Of a DNA stretch of 64,000 bases, positions 35,301 to 50,300 are shown in pieces. Position numbers and translations under genes: made by a program. The notes under the pieces are model-generated. The model worked only from the letters and a program-made list of their open reading frames with translations. It ran no database searches and had not been told where the DNA came from. The first letter of the stretch is position 1. The number at the start of each line of letters is the position of its first letter. The DNA is from Eledone cirrhosa (lineage: Eukaryota), in the NCBI GenBank assembly GCA_964016885.1, contig OZ024750.1, positions 34,224,001-34,288,000 of the forward strand, given 5' to 3'.

Positions 35301-38300
35301 GAGTCTTATCCTAACATGGGGAGCTTGAGTCATATCCTAACACATGGGCAGCTTGAGTCTTATCCTAACACATGGGCAGCTTGAGTCTTATCCTAACACA
35401 TGGGCAGCTTGAGTCTTATCCTAACACATGGGCAGCTTGAGTCTTATCCTAACATGGGCAGCTAGAGTCTTATCCTAACATGGGCAGCTTGAGTCTTATC
35501 CTAACACATGGGCAGCTTCAGTCTTATCCTAACACATGGGCAGCTTGAGTCTTATCCTAACACATGGGCAGCTTGAGTCTTATCCTAACATGGGCAGCTT
35601 GAGTCTTATCCTAACATGGGCAGCTTGAGTCTTATCCTAACACATGGGCAGCTTCAGTCTTATCCTAACACATGGGCAGCTTGAGTCTTATCCTAACACA
35701 TGGGCAGCTTGAGTCTTATTCTAACATGGGCAGCTTGAGTCTTATCCTAACACATGGGCAGCTTCAGTCTTATCCTAACATGGGCAGCTTGAGTCTTATC
35801 CTAACATGGGCAGCTTGAGTCTTATCCTAACATGGGCAGCTTGAGTCTTATCCTAACATGGGCAGCTTCAGTCTTATCCTAACACATGGGCAGCTTGAGT
35901 CTTATCCTAACACATGGGCAGCATGAGTCTTATCCTAACACAAGGGCAGCATGAGTCTTATCCTAACACAAGGGCAGCTTGAGTCTTATCCTAACACATG
36001 GGCAGCTTCAGTCTTATCCTAACACAAGGGCAGCATGAGTCTTATCCTAACACATGGGCAGCTTGAGTCTTATCCTAACACATGGGCAGCTTGAGTCTTA
36101 TCCTAACACATGGGCAGCTTGAGTCTTATCCTAACATGGGCAGCTTGAGATTTATCCTAACATGGGCAGCTTCAGTCTTATCCTAACATGGGCAGCTTCA
36201 GTCTTATCCTAACATGGGCAGCTTCAGTCTTATCCTAACACATGGGCAGCATCAGTCTTATCCTAACATGGGCAGCTTGAGTCTTATCCTAACACATGGG
36301 CAGCTTGAGTCTTATCCTAACACATGGGCAGCTTGAGTCTTATCCTAACACATGGGCAGCTTGAGTCTTATCCTAACATGGGCAGCTTGTGTCTTATCCT
36401 AACATGGGCAGCTTGAGTCTTATCCTAACATGGGCAGCTTCAGTCTTATCCTAACATGGGCAGCTTCAGTCTTATCCTAACATGGGCAGCTTCAGTCTTA
36501 TCCTAACATGGGCAGCTTGACTCTTATCCTAACATGGGCAGCTTCAGTCTTATCCTAACATGGGCAGCTTGAGTCTTATCCTAACATGGGCAGCTTGAGT
36601 CTTATCCTAACATGGGCAGCTTCAGTCTTATCCTAACATGGGCAGCTTGAGTCTTATCCTAACATGGGCAGCTTCAGTCTTATCCTAACACATGGGCAGC
36701 TTGAGTCTTATCCTAACATGGGCAGCTTGAGTCTTATCCTAACATGGGCAGCTTGAGTCTTATCCTAACATGGGCAGCTTCAGTCTTATCCTAACACATG
36801 GGCAGCTTCAGTCTTATCCTAACATGGGCAGCTTGAGTCTTATCCTAACATGGGCAGCTTGAGTCTTATCCTAACACATGGGCAGCTTGAGTCTTATCCT
36901 AACACATGGGCAGCTTGAGTCTTATCCTAACACATGGGCAGCTTGAGACTTATCCTAACACATGGGCAGCTTGAGTCTTATCCTAGCATGGGCAGCTTGA
37001 GTCTTATCCTAACATGGGCAGCGCGAGTCTTATCCTAACACATGGGCAGCTTGAGTCTTATCCTAACATGGGCAGCTTGAGTCTTATCCTAACACATGGG
37101 CAGCTTGAGTCTTATCCTAACACATGGGCAGCTTGAGTCTTATCCTAACACTTGGGCAGCTTGAGTCTTATCCTAACACATGGGCAGCTTCAGTCTTATC
37201 CTAACACAAGGGCAGCTTGAGTCTTATCCTAACACACGGGCAGCTTCAGTCTTATCCTAACACATGGGCAGCTTGAGTCTTATCCTAACACATGGGCAGC
37301 TTCAGTCTTATCCTAACACATGGGCAGCTTGAGTCTTATCCTAACACATGGGCAGCTTCAGTCTTATCCTAACATGGGCAGCTTGTGTCTTATCCTAACA
37401 TGGGCAGCTTGAGTCTTATCCTAACACATGGGCAGCATGAGTCTTATCCTAACATGGGCAGCTTGAGTCTTATCCTAACACATGGGCAGCTTGAGTCTTA
37501 TCCTAACACAAGGGCAGCTTGAGTCTTATCGTAACACATGGGCAGCTTCAGTCTTATCCTAACACATGGGCAGCTTGAGTCTTATCCTAACACATGGGCA
37601 GCTTCAGTCTTATTCTAACACATGGGCAGCTTGAGTCTTATCATAACACATGGGCAGCTTGAGTCTTATCCTAACATGGGCAGCTTGAGTCTTATCCTAA
37701 CACATGGGCAGCTTCAGTCTTATCCTAACACATGGGCAGCTTGAGTCTTATCCTAACATGGGCAGCTTGAGTCTTATCCTAACACATGGGCAGCTTGAGT
37801 CTTATCCTAACACATGGGCAGCTTGAGTCTTATCCTAACATGGGGAGCTTGAGTCATATCCTAACACATGGGCAGCTTGAGTCTTATCCTAACACATGGG
37901 CAGCTTGAGTCTTATCCTAACACATGGGCAGCTTGAGTCTTATCCTAACATGGGCAGCTTGAGTCTTATCCTAACACATGGGCAGCTTGAGTCTTATCCT
38001 AACATGGGCAGCTTGAGTCTTATCCTAACATGGGCAGCTTGAGTCTTATCCTAACACATGGGCAGCTTCAGTCTTATCCTAACACATGGGCAGCTTGAGT
38101 CTTATCCTAACACATGGGCAGCTTGAGTCTTATCCTAACATGGGCAGCTTGAGTCTTATCCTAACATGGGCAGCTTGAGTCTTATCCTAACACATGGGCA
38201 GCTTCAGTCTTATCCTAAAACATGGGCAGCTTGAGTCTTATCCTAACACATGGGCAGCTTGAGTCTTATCCTAACATGGGCAGCTTGAGTCTTATCCTAA

Positions 38301-41300
38301 CACATGGGCAGCTTCAGTCTTATCCTAACATGGGCAGCTTGAGTCTTATCCTAACATGGGCAGCTTGAGTCTTATCCTAACATGGGCAGCTTGAGTCTTA
38401 TCCTAACATGGGCAGCTTCAGTCTTATCCTAACACATGGGCAGCTTGAGTCTTATCCTAACACATGGGCAGCATGAGTCTTATCCTAACACAAGGGCAGC
38501 ATGAGTCTTATCCTAACACAAGGGCAGCTTGAGTCTTATCCTAACACATGGGCAGCTTCAGTCTTATCCTAACACAAGGGCAGCATGAGTCTTATCCTAA
38601 CACATGGGCAGCTTGAGTCTTATCCTAACACATGGGCAGCTTGAGTCTTATCCTAACACATGGGCAGCTTGAGTGTTATCCTAACATGGGCATCTTGAGA
38701 TTTATCCTAACATGGGCAGCTTCAGTCTTATCCTAACATGGGCAGCTTCAGTCTTATCCTAACATGGGCAGCTTCAGTCTTATCCTAACACATGGGCAGC
38801 TTCAGTCTTATCCTAACATGGGCAGCTTGAGTCTTATCCTAACACATGGGCAGCTTCAGTCTTATCCTAACACATGGGCAGCTTGAGTCTTATCCTAACA
38901 CATGGGCAGCTTGAGTCTTATCCTAACATGGGCAGCTTGTGTCTTATCCTAACATGGGCAGCTTGAGTCTTATCCTAACATGGGCAGCTTCAGTCTTATC
39001 CTAACATGGGCAGCTTCAGTCTTATCCTAACATGGGCAGCTTCAGTCTTATCCTAACATGGGCAGCTTGAGTCTTATCCAAACATGGGCAGCTTCAGTCT
39101 TATCCTAACATGGGCAGCTTGAGTCTTATCCTAACATGGGCAGCTTGAGTCTTATCCTAACATGGGCAGCTTGAGTCTTATCCTAACATGGGCAGCTTCA
39201 ATCTTATCCTAACATGGGCAGCTTGAGTCTTATCCTAACATGGGCAGCTTCAGTCTTATCCTAACACATGGGCAGCTTGAGTCTTATCCTAACATGGGCA
39301 GCTTGAGTCTTATCCTAACATGGGCAGCTTGAGTCTTATCCTAACATGGGCAGCTTCAGTCTTATCCTAACACATGGGCAGCTTCAGTCTTATCCTAACA
39401 TGGGCAGCTTGAGTCTTATCCTAACATGGGCAGCTTGAGTCTTATCCTAACACATGGGCAGCTTGAGTCTTATACTAACACATGGGCAGCTTGAGTCTTA
39501 TCCTAACACATGGGCAGCTTGAGTCTTATCCTAACACATGGGCAGCTTGAGTCTTATCCTAACATGGGCAGCTTGAGTCTTATCCTAACATGGGCAGCGC
39601 GAGTCTTATCCTAACACATGGGCAGCTTGAGTCTTATCCTAACACATGGGCAGCTTGAGTCTTATCCTAACACTTGGGCAGCTTGAGTCTTATCCTAACA
39701 CATGGGCAGCTTCAGTCTTATCCTAACACAAGGGCAGCTTGAGTCTTATCCTAACACATGGGCAGCTTCAGTCTTATCCTAACACATGGGCAGCTTGAGT
39801 CTTATCCTAACACATGGGCAGCTTCAGTCTTATCCTAACACATGGGCAGCTTCAGTCTTATCCTAACACATGGGCAGCTTCAGTCTTATCCTAACATGGG
39901 CAGCTTGTGTCTTATCCTAACATGGGCAGCTTGAGTCTTATCCTAACACATGGGCAGCATGAGTCTTATCCTAACATGGGCAGCTTGAGTCTAATCCTAA
40001 CACATGGGCAGCTTGAGTCTTATCCTAAAATGGGCAGCTTGAGTCTTATCCTAACATGGGCAGCTTGAGTCTTATCCTAACACATGGGCAGCTTGAGTCT
40101 TATCCTAACATGGGCAGCTTGTGTCTTATCCTAACATGGGCAGCTTGTGTCTTATCCTAACATGGGCAGCTTGAGTCTTATCCTAACACATGGGCAGCTT
40201 GAGTCTTATCCTAACACATGGGCAGCTTGAGTCTTATCCAAACATGGGCAGCTTGAGTCTTATCCTAACACATGGGCAGCTTGAGTCTTATCCTAACATG
40301 GGCAGCTTGAGTCTTATCCTAACATGGGCAGCTTGAGTCTTATCCTAACACATGGGCAGTTTGAGTCTTATCCTAACACATGGGCAGCTTGAGTCTTATC
40401 CTAACACATGGGCAGCTTGAGTCTTATCCTAACATGGGCAGCTTGAGTCTTATCCTAACACATGGGCAGCTTCAGTCTTATCCTAACACATGGGCAGCTT
40501 GAGTCTTATCCTAACACATGGGCAGCTTGAGTCTTATCCTAACACATGGGCAGCTTGAGTCTTATCCTAACACATGGGCAGCTTCAGTCTTATCCTAACA
40601 CATGGGCAGCTTGAGTCTTATCCTAACACATGGGCAGCTTGAGTCTTATCCTAACACATGGGCAGCATGAGTCTTATCCTAACACATGGGCCGCTTGAGT
40701 CTTATCCTAACACATGGGCAGCTTCAGTCTTATCCTAACACAAGGGCAGCTTGAGTCTTATCCTAACACATGGGCAGCTTCAGTCTTATCCTAACACATG
40801 GGCAGCTTCAGTCTTATCCTAACACAAGGGCAGCTTGAGTCTTATCCTAACACATGGGCAGCTTGAGTCTTATCCTAACATGGGCAGCTTGAGTCTTATC
40901 CTAACATGGGCAGCTTCAGTCTTATCCTAACACATGGGCAGCTTCAGTCTTATCCTAACACAAGGGCAGCTTGAGTCTTATCCTAACACATGGGCAGCTT
41001 GAGTCTTATCCTAACATGGGCAGCTTGAGTCTTATCCTAACATGGGCAGCTTCAGTCTTATCCTAACACATGGGCAGCTTCAGTCTTATCCTAACACAAG
41101 GGCAGCTTCAGTCTTATCCTAACACATGGGCAGCTTGAGTCTTATCCTAACATGGGCAGCTTGAGTCTTATCCTAACATGGGCAGCTTCAGTCTTATCCT
41201 AACATGAGCAGCTTCAGTCTTATCCTAACACATGGGCAGCTTGAGTCTTATCCTAACACATGGGCAGCTTCAGTCTTATCCTAACACATGGGCAGCTTCA

Positions 41301-44300
41301 GTCTTATCCTAACACAAGGGCAGCTTGAGTCTTATCCTAACACATGGGCAGCTTCAGTCTTATCCTAACACAAGGGCAGCTTGAGTCTTATCCTAACACA
41401 TGGGCAGCTTCAGTCTTATGCTAACACATGGGCAGCTTCAGTCTTATCCTAACACAAGGGCAGCTTGAGTCTTATCCTAACACATGGGCAGCTTCAGTCT
41501 TATCCTAACATGGGCAGCTTCAGTCTTATCCTAACACATGGGCAGCTTCAGTCTTATCCTAACACATGGGCAGCTTGAGTCTTATCCTAACATGGGCAGC
41601 TTGAGTCTTATCCTAACACATGGGCAGCTTGAGTCTTATCCTAACATGGGCAGCGCGAGTCTTATCCTAACACATGGGCAGCTTGAGTCTTATCCTAACA
41701 TGGGCAGCGCGAGTCTTATCCTAACACATGGGCAGCTTGAGTCTTATGCTAACACATGGGCAGCTTGAGTCTTATCCTAACACATGGGCAGCTTGAGTCT
41801 TATCCTAACACATGGGCAGCTTCAGTCTTATCCTAACATGGGCAGCTTGAGTCTTATCCTAACATGGGCAGCGCGAGACTTATCCTAACATGGGCAGCTT
41901 GAGTCTTATCCTAACACATGGGCAGCTTCAGTCTTATCCTAACATGGGCAGCTTGAGTCTTATACTAACACATGGGCAACTTCAGTCTTATCCTAACATG
42001 GGCAGCGCGAGTCTTATCCTAACACATGGGCAGCTTGAGTCTTATCCTAACACATGGGCAGCTTCAGTCTTATCCTAACATGGGCAGCGCGAGTCTTATC
42101 CTAACATGGGCAGCTTGAGTCTTATCCTAACACATGGGCAGCTTCAGTCTTATCCTAACATGGGCAGCGCGAGTCTTATCCTAACATATGGGCAGCTTGA
42201 GTCTTTTCCTAACACATGGGCAGCTTCAGTCTTATCCTAACATGGGCAGCTTGAGTCTTATCCTAACATGGGCAGCTTGAGTCTTATCCTAACACATGGG
42301 CAGCTTCAGTCTTATCCTAACACATGGGCAGCTTGAGTCTTATCCTAACACATGGGCAGCTTGAGTCTTATCCTAACACATGGGCAGCATGAGTCTTATC
42401 CTAACACATGGGCAGCTTGAGTCTTATCCTAACATGGGCAGCTTGAGTCTTATCCTAACATGGGCAGCTTCAGTCTTATCCTAACATGGGCAGCTTCAGT
42501 CTTATCCTAACATGGGCAGCTTCAGTCTTATCCTAACATGGGCAGCTTGAGTCTTATCCAAACATGGGCAGCTTCAGTCTTATCCTAACATGGGCAGCTT
42601 CAGTCTTATCCTAACATGGGCAGCTTGAGTCTTATCCTAACATGGGCAGCTTGAGTCTTATCCTAACATGGGCAGCTTCAATCTTATCCTAACATGGGCA
42701 GCTTGAGTCTTATCCTAACATGGGCAGCTTCAGTCTTATCCTAACACATGGGCAGCTTGAGTCTTATCCTAACATGGGCAGCTTGAGTCTTATCCTAACA
42801 TGGGCAGCTTGAGTCTTATCCTAACATGGGCAGCTTCAGTCTTATCCTAACACATGGGCAGCTTCAGTCTTATCCTAACATGGGCAGCTTGAGTCTTATC
42901 CTAACATGGGCAGCTTGAGTCTTATCCTAACACATGGGCAGCTTGAGTCTTATACTAACACATGGGCAGCTTGAGTCTTATCCTAACACATGGGCAGCTT
43001 GAGTCTTATCCTAACACATGGGCAGCTTGAGTCTTATCCTAACATGGGCAGCTTGAGTCTTATCCTAACATGGGCAGCGCGAGTCTTATCCTAACACATG
43101 GGCAGCTTGAGTCTTATCCTAACACATGGGCAGCTTGAGTCTTATCCTAACACTTGGGCAGCTTGAGTCTTATCCTAACACATGGGCAGCTTCAGTCTTA
43201 TCCTAACACAAGGGCAGCTTGAGTCTTATCCTAACACATGGGCAGCTTCAGTCTTATCCTAACACATGGGCAGCTTGAGTCTTATCCTAACACATGGGCA
43301 GCTTCAGTCTTATCCTAACACATGGGCAGCTTCAGTCTTATCCTAACACATGGGCAGCTTCAGTCTTATCCTAACATGGGCAGCTTGTGTCTTATCCTAA
43401 CATGGGCAGCTTGAGTCTTATCCTAACACATGGGCAGCATGAGTCTTATCCTAACATGGGCAGCTTGAGTCTAATCCTAACACATGGGCAGCTTGAGTCT
43501 TATCCTAAAATGGGCAGCTTGAGTCTTATCCTAACATGGGCAGCTTGAGTCTTATCCTAACACATGGGCAGCTTGAGTCTTATCCTAACATGGGCAGCTT
43601 GTGTCTTATCCTAACATGGGCAGCTTGAGTCTTATCCTAACACATGGGCAGCTTGAGTCTTATCCTAACACATGGGCAGCTTGAGTCTTATCCAAACATG
43701 GGCAGCTTGAGTCTTATCCTAACACATGGGCAGCTTGAGTCTTATCCTAACATGGGCAGCTTGAGTCTTATCCTAACATGGGCAGCTTGAGTCTTATCCT
43801 AACACATGGGCAGTTTGAGTCTTATCCTAACACATGGGCAGCTTGAGTCTTATCCTAACACATGGGCAGCTTGAGTCTTATCCTAACATGGGCAGCTTGA
43901 GTCTTATCCTAACACATGGGCAGCTTCAGTCTTATCCTAACACATGGGCAGCTTGAGTCTTATCCTAACACATGGGCAGCTTGAGTCTTATCCTAACACA
44001 TGGGCAGCTTGAGTCTTATCCTAACACATGGGCAGCTTCAGTCTTATCCTAACACATGGGCAGCTTCAGTCTTATCCTAACACATGGGCAGCTTGAGTCT
44101 TATCCTAACACATGGGCAGCATGAGTCTTATCCTAACACATGGGCCGCTTGAGTCTTATCCTAACACATGGGCAGCTTCAGTCTTATCCTAACACAAGGG
44201 CAGCTTGAGTCTTATCCTAACACATGGGCAGCTTCAGTCTTATCCTAACACATGGGCAGCTTCAGTCTTATCCTAACACAAGGGCAGCTTGAGTCTTATC

Positions 44301-47300
44301 CTAACACATGGGCAGCTTGAGTCTTATCCTAACATGGGCAGCTTGAGTCTTATCCTAACATGGGCAGCTTCAGTCTTATCCTAACACATGGGCAGCTTCA
44401 GTCTTATCCTAACACAAGGGCAGCTTGAGTCTTATCCTAACATATGGGCAGCTTGAGTCTTATCCTAACATGGGCAGCTTGAGTCTTATCCTAACATGGG
44501 CAGCTTCAGTCTTATCCTAACACATGGGCAGCTTCAGTCTTATCCTAACACAAGGGCAGCTTCAGTCTTATCCTAACACATGGGCAGCTTGAGTCTTATC
44601 CTAACATGGGCAGCTTGAGTCTTATCCTAACATGGGCAGCTTCAGTCTTATCCTAACATGAGCAGCTTCAGTCTTATCCTAACACATGGGCAGCTTGAGT
44701 CTTATCCTAACACATGGGCAGCTTCAGTCTTATCCTAACACATGGGCAGCTTCAGTCTTATCCTAACACAAGGGCAGCTTGAGTCTTATCCTAACACATG
44801 GGCAGCTTCAGTCTTATCCTAACACAAGGGCAGCTTGAGTCTTATCCTAACACATGGGCAGCTTCAGTCTTATGCTAACACATGGGCAGCTTCAGTCTTA
44901 TCCTAACACAAGGGCAGCTTGAGTCTTATCCTAACACATGGGCAGCTTCAGTCTTATCCTAACATGGGCAGCTTCAGTCTTATCCTAACACATGGGCAGC
45001 TTCAGTCTTATCCTAACACATGGGCAGCTTGAGTCTTATCCTAACATGGGCAGCTTGAGTCTTATCCTAACACATGGGCAGCTTGAGTCTTATCCTAACA
45101 TAGGCAGCGCGAGTCTTATCCTAACACATGGGCAGCTTGAGTCTTATCCTAACATGGGCAGCGCGAGTCTTATCCTAACACATGGGCAGCTTGAGTCTTA
45201 TGCTAACACATGGGCAGCTTGAGTCTTATCCTAACACATGGGCAGCTTGAGTCTTATCCTAACACATGGGCAGCTTCAGTCTTATCCTAACATGGGCAGC
45301 TTGAGTCTTATCCTAACATGGGCAGCGCGAGACTTATCCTAACATGGGCAGCTTGAGTCTTATCCTAACACATGGGCAGCTTCAGTCTTATCCTAACATG
45401 GGCAGCTTGAGTCTTATACTAACACATGGGCAACTTCAGTCTTATCCTAACATGGGCAGCGCGAGTCTTATCCTAACACATGGGCAGCTTGAGTCTTATC
45501 CTAACACATGGGCAGCTTCAGTCTTATCCTAACATGGGCAGCGCGAGTCTTATCCTAACATGGGCAGCTTGAGTCTTATCCTAACACATGGGCAGCTTCA
45601 GTCTTATCCTAACATGGGCAGCGCGAGTCTTATCCTAACATATGGGCAGCTTGAGTCTTTTCCTAACACATGGGCAGCTTCAGTCTTATCCTAACATGGG
45701 CAGCTTGAGTCTTATCCTAACATGGGCAGCTTGAGTCTTATCCTAACACATGGGCAGCTTCAGTCTTATCCTAACACATGGGCAGCTTGAGTCTTATCCT
45801 AACACATGGGCAGCTTGAGTCTTATCCTAACACATGGGCAGCATGAGTCTTATCCTAACACATGGGCAGCTTGAGTCTTATCCTAACATGGGCAGCTTGA
45901 GTCTTATCCTAACACATGGGCAGCTTGAGTCTTATCCTAAAATGGGCAGCTTGTGTCTTATCCTAACATGGGCTGCTTGAGTCTTATCCTAACACATGGG
46001 CAGCATGAGTCTTATCCTAACATGGGCAGCTTGAGTCTTATCCTAACACATGGGCAGCTTGAGTCTTATCCTAAAATGGGCAGCTTGAGTCTTATCCTAA
46101 CATGGGCAGCTTGAGTCTTATCCTAACATGGGCAGCTTGAGTCTTATCCTAACACATGGGCAGTTTGAGTCTTATCCTAACACATGGGCAGCTTGAGTCT
46201 TATCCTAACACATGGGCAGCTTGAGTCTTATCCTAACATGGGCAGCTTGAGTCTTATCCTAACACATGGGCAGCTTCAGTCTTATCCTAACACATGGGCA
46301 GCTTGAGTCTTATCCTAACACATGGGCAGCTTGAGTCTTATCCTAACACATGGGCAGCTTGAGTCTTATCCTAACACATGGGCAGCTTGAGTCTTATCCT
46401 AACACATGGGCAGCTTCAGTCTTATCCTAACACATGGGCAGCTTGAGTCTTATCCTAACACATGGGCAGCTTGAGTCTTATCCTAACACATGGGCAGCAT
46501 GAGTCTTATCCTAACACATGGGCAGCTTGAGTCTTATCCTAACACATGGGCAGCTTCAGTCTTATCCTAACACAAGGGCAGCTTGAGTCTTATCCTAACA
46601 CAAGGGCAGCTTGAGTCTTATCCTAACACATGGGCAGCTTGAGTCTTATCCTAACATGGGCAGCTTGAGTCTTATCCTAACATGGGCAGCTTCAGTCTTA
46701 TCCTAACACATGGGCAGCTTCAGTCTTATCCTAACACAAGGGCAGCTTCAGTCTTATCCTAACACATGGGCAGCTTGAGTCTTATCCTAACATGGGCAGC
46801 TTGAGTCTTATCCTAACATGGGCAGCTTCAGTCTTATCCTAACATGAGCAGCTTCAGTCTTATCCTAACACATGGGCAGCTTGAGTCTTATCCTAACACA
46901 TGGGCAGCTTCAGTCTTATCCTAACACATGGGCAGCTTCAGTCTTATCCTAACACATGGGCAGCTTCAGTCTTATCCTAACACATGGGCAGCTTCAGTCT
47001 TATCATAACATGGGCAGCTTGAGTCTTATCCTAACACATGGGCAGCTTCAGTCTTATCCTAACACATGGGCAGCTTGAGTCTTATCCTAACACATGGGCA
47101 GCTTCAGTCTTATCCTAACACATGGGCAGCTTCAGTCTTATCCTAACACAAGGGCAGCTTGAGTCTTATCCTAACACATGGGCAGCTTCAGTCTTATCCT
47201 AACACAAGGGCAGCTTGAGTCTTATCCTAACACATGGGCAGCTTCAGTCTTATGCTAACACATGGGCAGCTTCAGTCTTATCCTAACACAAGGGCAGCTT

Positions 47301-50300
47301 GAGTCTTATCCTAACACATGGGCAGCTTCAGTCTTATCCTAACATGGGCAGCTTCAGTCTTATCCTAACACATGTGCAGCTTCAGTCTTATCCTAACACA
47401 TGGGCAGCTTGAGTCTTATCCTAACATGGGCAGCTTGAGTCTTATCCTAACACATGGGCAGCTTGAGTCTTATCCTAACATGGGCAGCGCGAGTCTTATC
47501 CTAACACATGGGCAGCTTGAGTCTTATCCTAACATGGGCAGCGCGAGTCTTATCCTAACACATGGGCAGCTTGAGTCTTATGCTAACACATGGGCAGCTT
47601 GAGTATTATCCTAACACATGGGCTGCTTGAGTCTTATCCTAACACATGGGCAGCTTCAGTCTTATCCTAACATGGGCAGCTTGAGTCTTATCCTAACATG
47701 GGCAGCGCGAGACTTATCCTAACATGGGCAGCTTGAGTCTTATCCTAACACATGGGCAGCTTGAGTCTTATCCTAACACATGGGCAGCTTGAGTCTTATC
47801 CTAACATGGGCAGCTTGAGTCTTATCCTAACACATGGGCAGCTTCAGTCTTATCCTAACACATGGGCAGCTTGAGTCTTATCCTAACACATGGGCAGCTT
47901 GAGTCTTATCCTAACACATGGGCAGCTTGAGTCTTATCCTAACACATGGGCAGCTTGAGTCTTATCCTAACACATGGGCAGCTTCAGTCTTATCCTAACA
48001 CATGGGCAGCTTGAGTCTTATCCTAACACATGGGCAGCTTGAGTCTTATCCTAACACATGGGCAGCATGAGTCTTATCCTAACACATGGGCAGCTTGAGT
48101 CTTATCCTAACACATGGGCAGCTTCAGTCTTATCCTAACACAAGGGCAGCTTGAGTCTTATCCTAACACATGGGCAGCTTCAGTCTTATCCTAACACATG
48201 GGCAGCTTCAGTCTTATCCTAACACAAGGGCAGCTTGAGTCTTATCCTAACACATGGGCAGCTTGAGTCTTATCCTAACATGGGCAGCTTGAGTCTTATC
48301 CTAACATGGGCAGCTTCAGTCTTATCCTAACACATGGGCAGCTTCAGTCTTATCCTAACACAAGGGCAGCTTGAGTCTTATCCTAACACATGGGCAGCTT
48401 GAGTCTTATCCTAACATGGGCAGCTTGAGTCTTATCCTAACATGGGCAGCTTCAGTCTTATCCTAACACATGGGCAGCTTCAGTCTTATCCTAACACATG
48501 GGCAGCTTGAGTCTTATCCTAACATGGGCAGCTTGAGTCTTATCCTAACACATGGGCAGCTTCAGTCTTATCCTAACATGGGCAGCTTGAGTCTTATCCT
48601 AACATGGGCAGCTTGAGTCTTATCCTAACATGGGCAGCTTGAGTCTTATCCTAACATGGGCAGCTTCAGTCTTATCCTAACACATAGGCAGCTTGAGTCT
48701 TATCCTAACACATGGGCAGCATGAGTCTTATCCTAACACAAGGGCAGCATGAGTCTTATCCTAACACAAGGGCAGCTTGAGTCTTATCCTAACACATGGG
48801 CAGCTTCAGTCTTATCCTAACACAAGGGCAGCATGAGTCTTATCCTAACACATGGGCAGCTTGAGTCTTATCCTAACACATGGGCAGCTTGAGTCTTATC
48901 CTAACACATGGGCAGCTTGAGTGTTATCCTAACATGGGCATCTTGAGATTTATCCTAACATGGGCAGCTTCAGTCTTATCCTAACATGGGCAGCTTCAGT
49001 CTTATCCTAACATGGGCAGCTTCAGTCTTATCCTAACACATGGGCAGCTTCAGTCTTATCCTAACATGGGCAGCTTGAGTCTTATCCTAACACATGGGCA
49101 GCTTCAGTCTTATCCTAACAAATGGGCAGCTTGAGTCTTATCCTAACACATGGGCAGCTTGAGTCTTATCCTAACATGGGCAGCTTGTGTCTTATCCTAA
49201 CATGGGCAGCTTGAGTCTTATCCTAACATGGGCAGCTTCAGTCTTATCCTAACATGGGCAGCTTCAGTTTTATCCTAACATGGGCAGCTTCAGTCTTATC
49301 CTAACATGGGCAGCTTGAGTCTTATCCTAACATGGGCAGCTTCAGTCTTATCCTAACATGGGCAGCTTGAGTCTTATCCTAACATGGGCAGCTTGAGTCT
49401 TATCCTAACATGGGCAGCTTGAGTCTTATCCTAACATGGGCAGCTTCAATCTTATCCTAACATGGGCAGCTTGAGTCTTATCCTAACATGGGCAGCTTCA
49501 GTCTTATCCTAACACATGGGCAGCTTGAGTCTTATCCTAACATGGGCAGCTTGAGTCTTATCCTAACATGGGCAGCTTGAGTCTTATCCTAACATGGGCA
49601 GCTTCAGTCTTATCCTAACACATGGGCAGCTTCAGTCTTATCCTAACATGGGCAGCTTGAGTCTTATCCTAACATGGGCAGCTTGAGTCTTATCCTAACA
49701 CATGGGCAGCTTGAGTCTTATCCTAACACATGGGCAGCTTGAGTCTTATCCTAACACATGGGCAGCTTGAGTCTTATCCTAACACATGGGCAGCTTGAGT
49801 CTTATCCTAACATGGGCAGCTTGAGTCTTATCCTAACATGGGCAGCGCGAGTCTTATCCTAACACATGGGCAGCTTGAGTCTTATCCTAACACATGGGCA
49901 GCTTGAGTCTTATCCTAACACTTGGGCAGCTTGAGTCTTATCCTAACACATGGGCAGCTTCAGTCTTATCCTAACACAAGGGCAGCTTGAGTCTTATCCT
50001 AACACATGGGCAGCTTCAGTCTTATCCTAACACATGGGCAGCTTGAGTCTTATCCTAACACATGGGCAGCTTCAGTCTTATCCTAACACATGGGCAGCTT
50101 CAGTCTTATCCTAACACATGGGCAGCTTGAGTCTTATCCTAACATGGGCAGCTTGAGTCTTATCCTAACATGGGCAGCTTCAGTCTTATCCTAACACATG
50201 GGCAGCTTCAGTCTTATCCTAACACAAGGGCAGCTTGAGTCTTATCCTAACACATGGGCAGCTTGAGTCTTATCCTAACATGGGCAGCTTGAGTCTTATC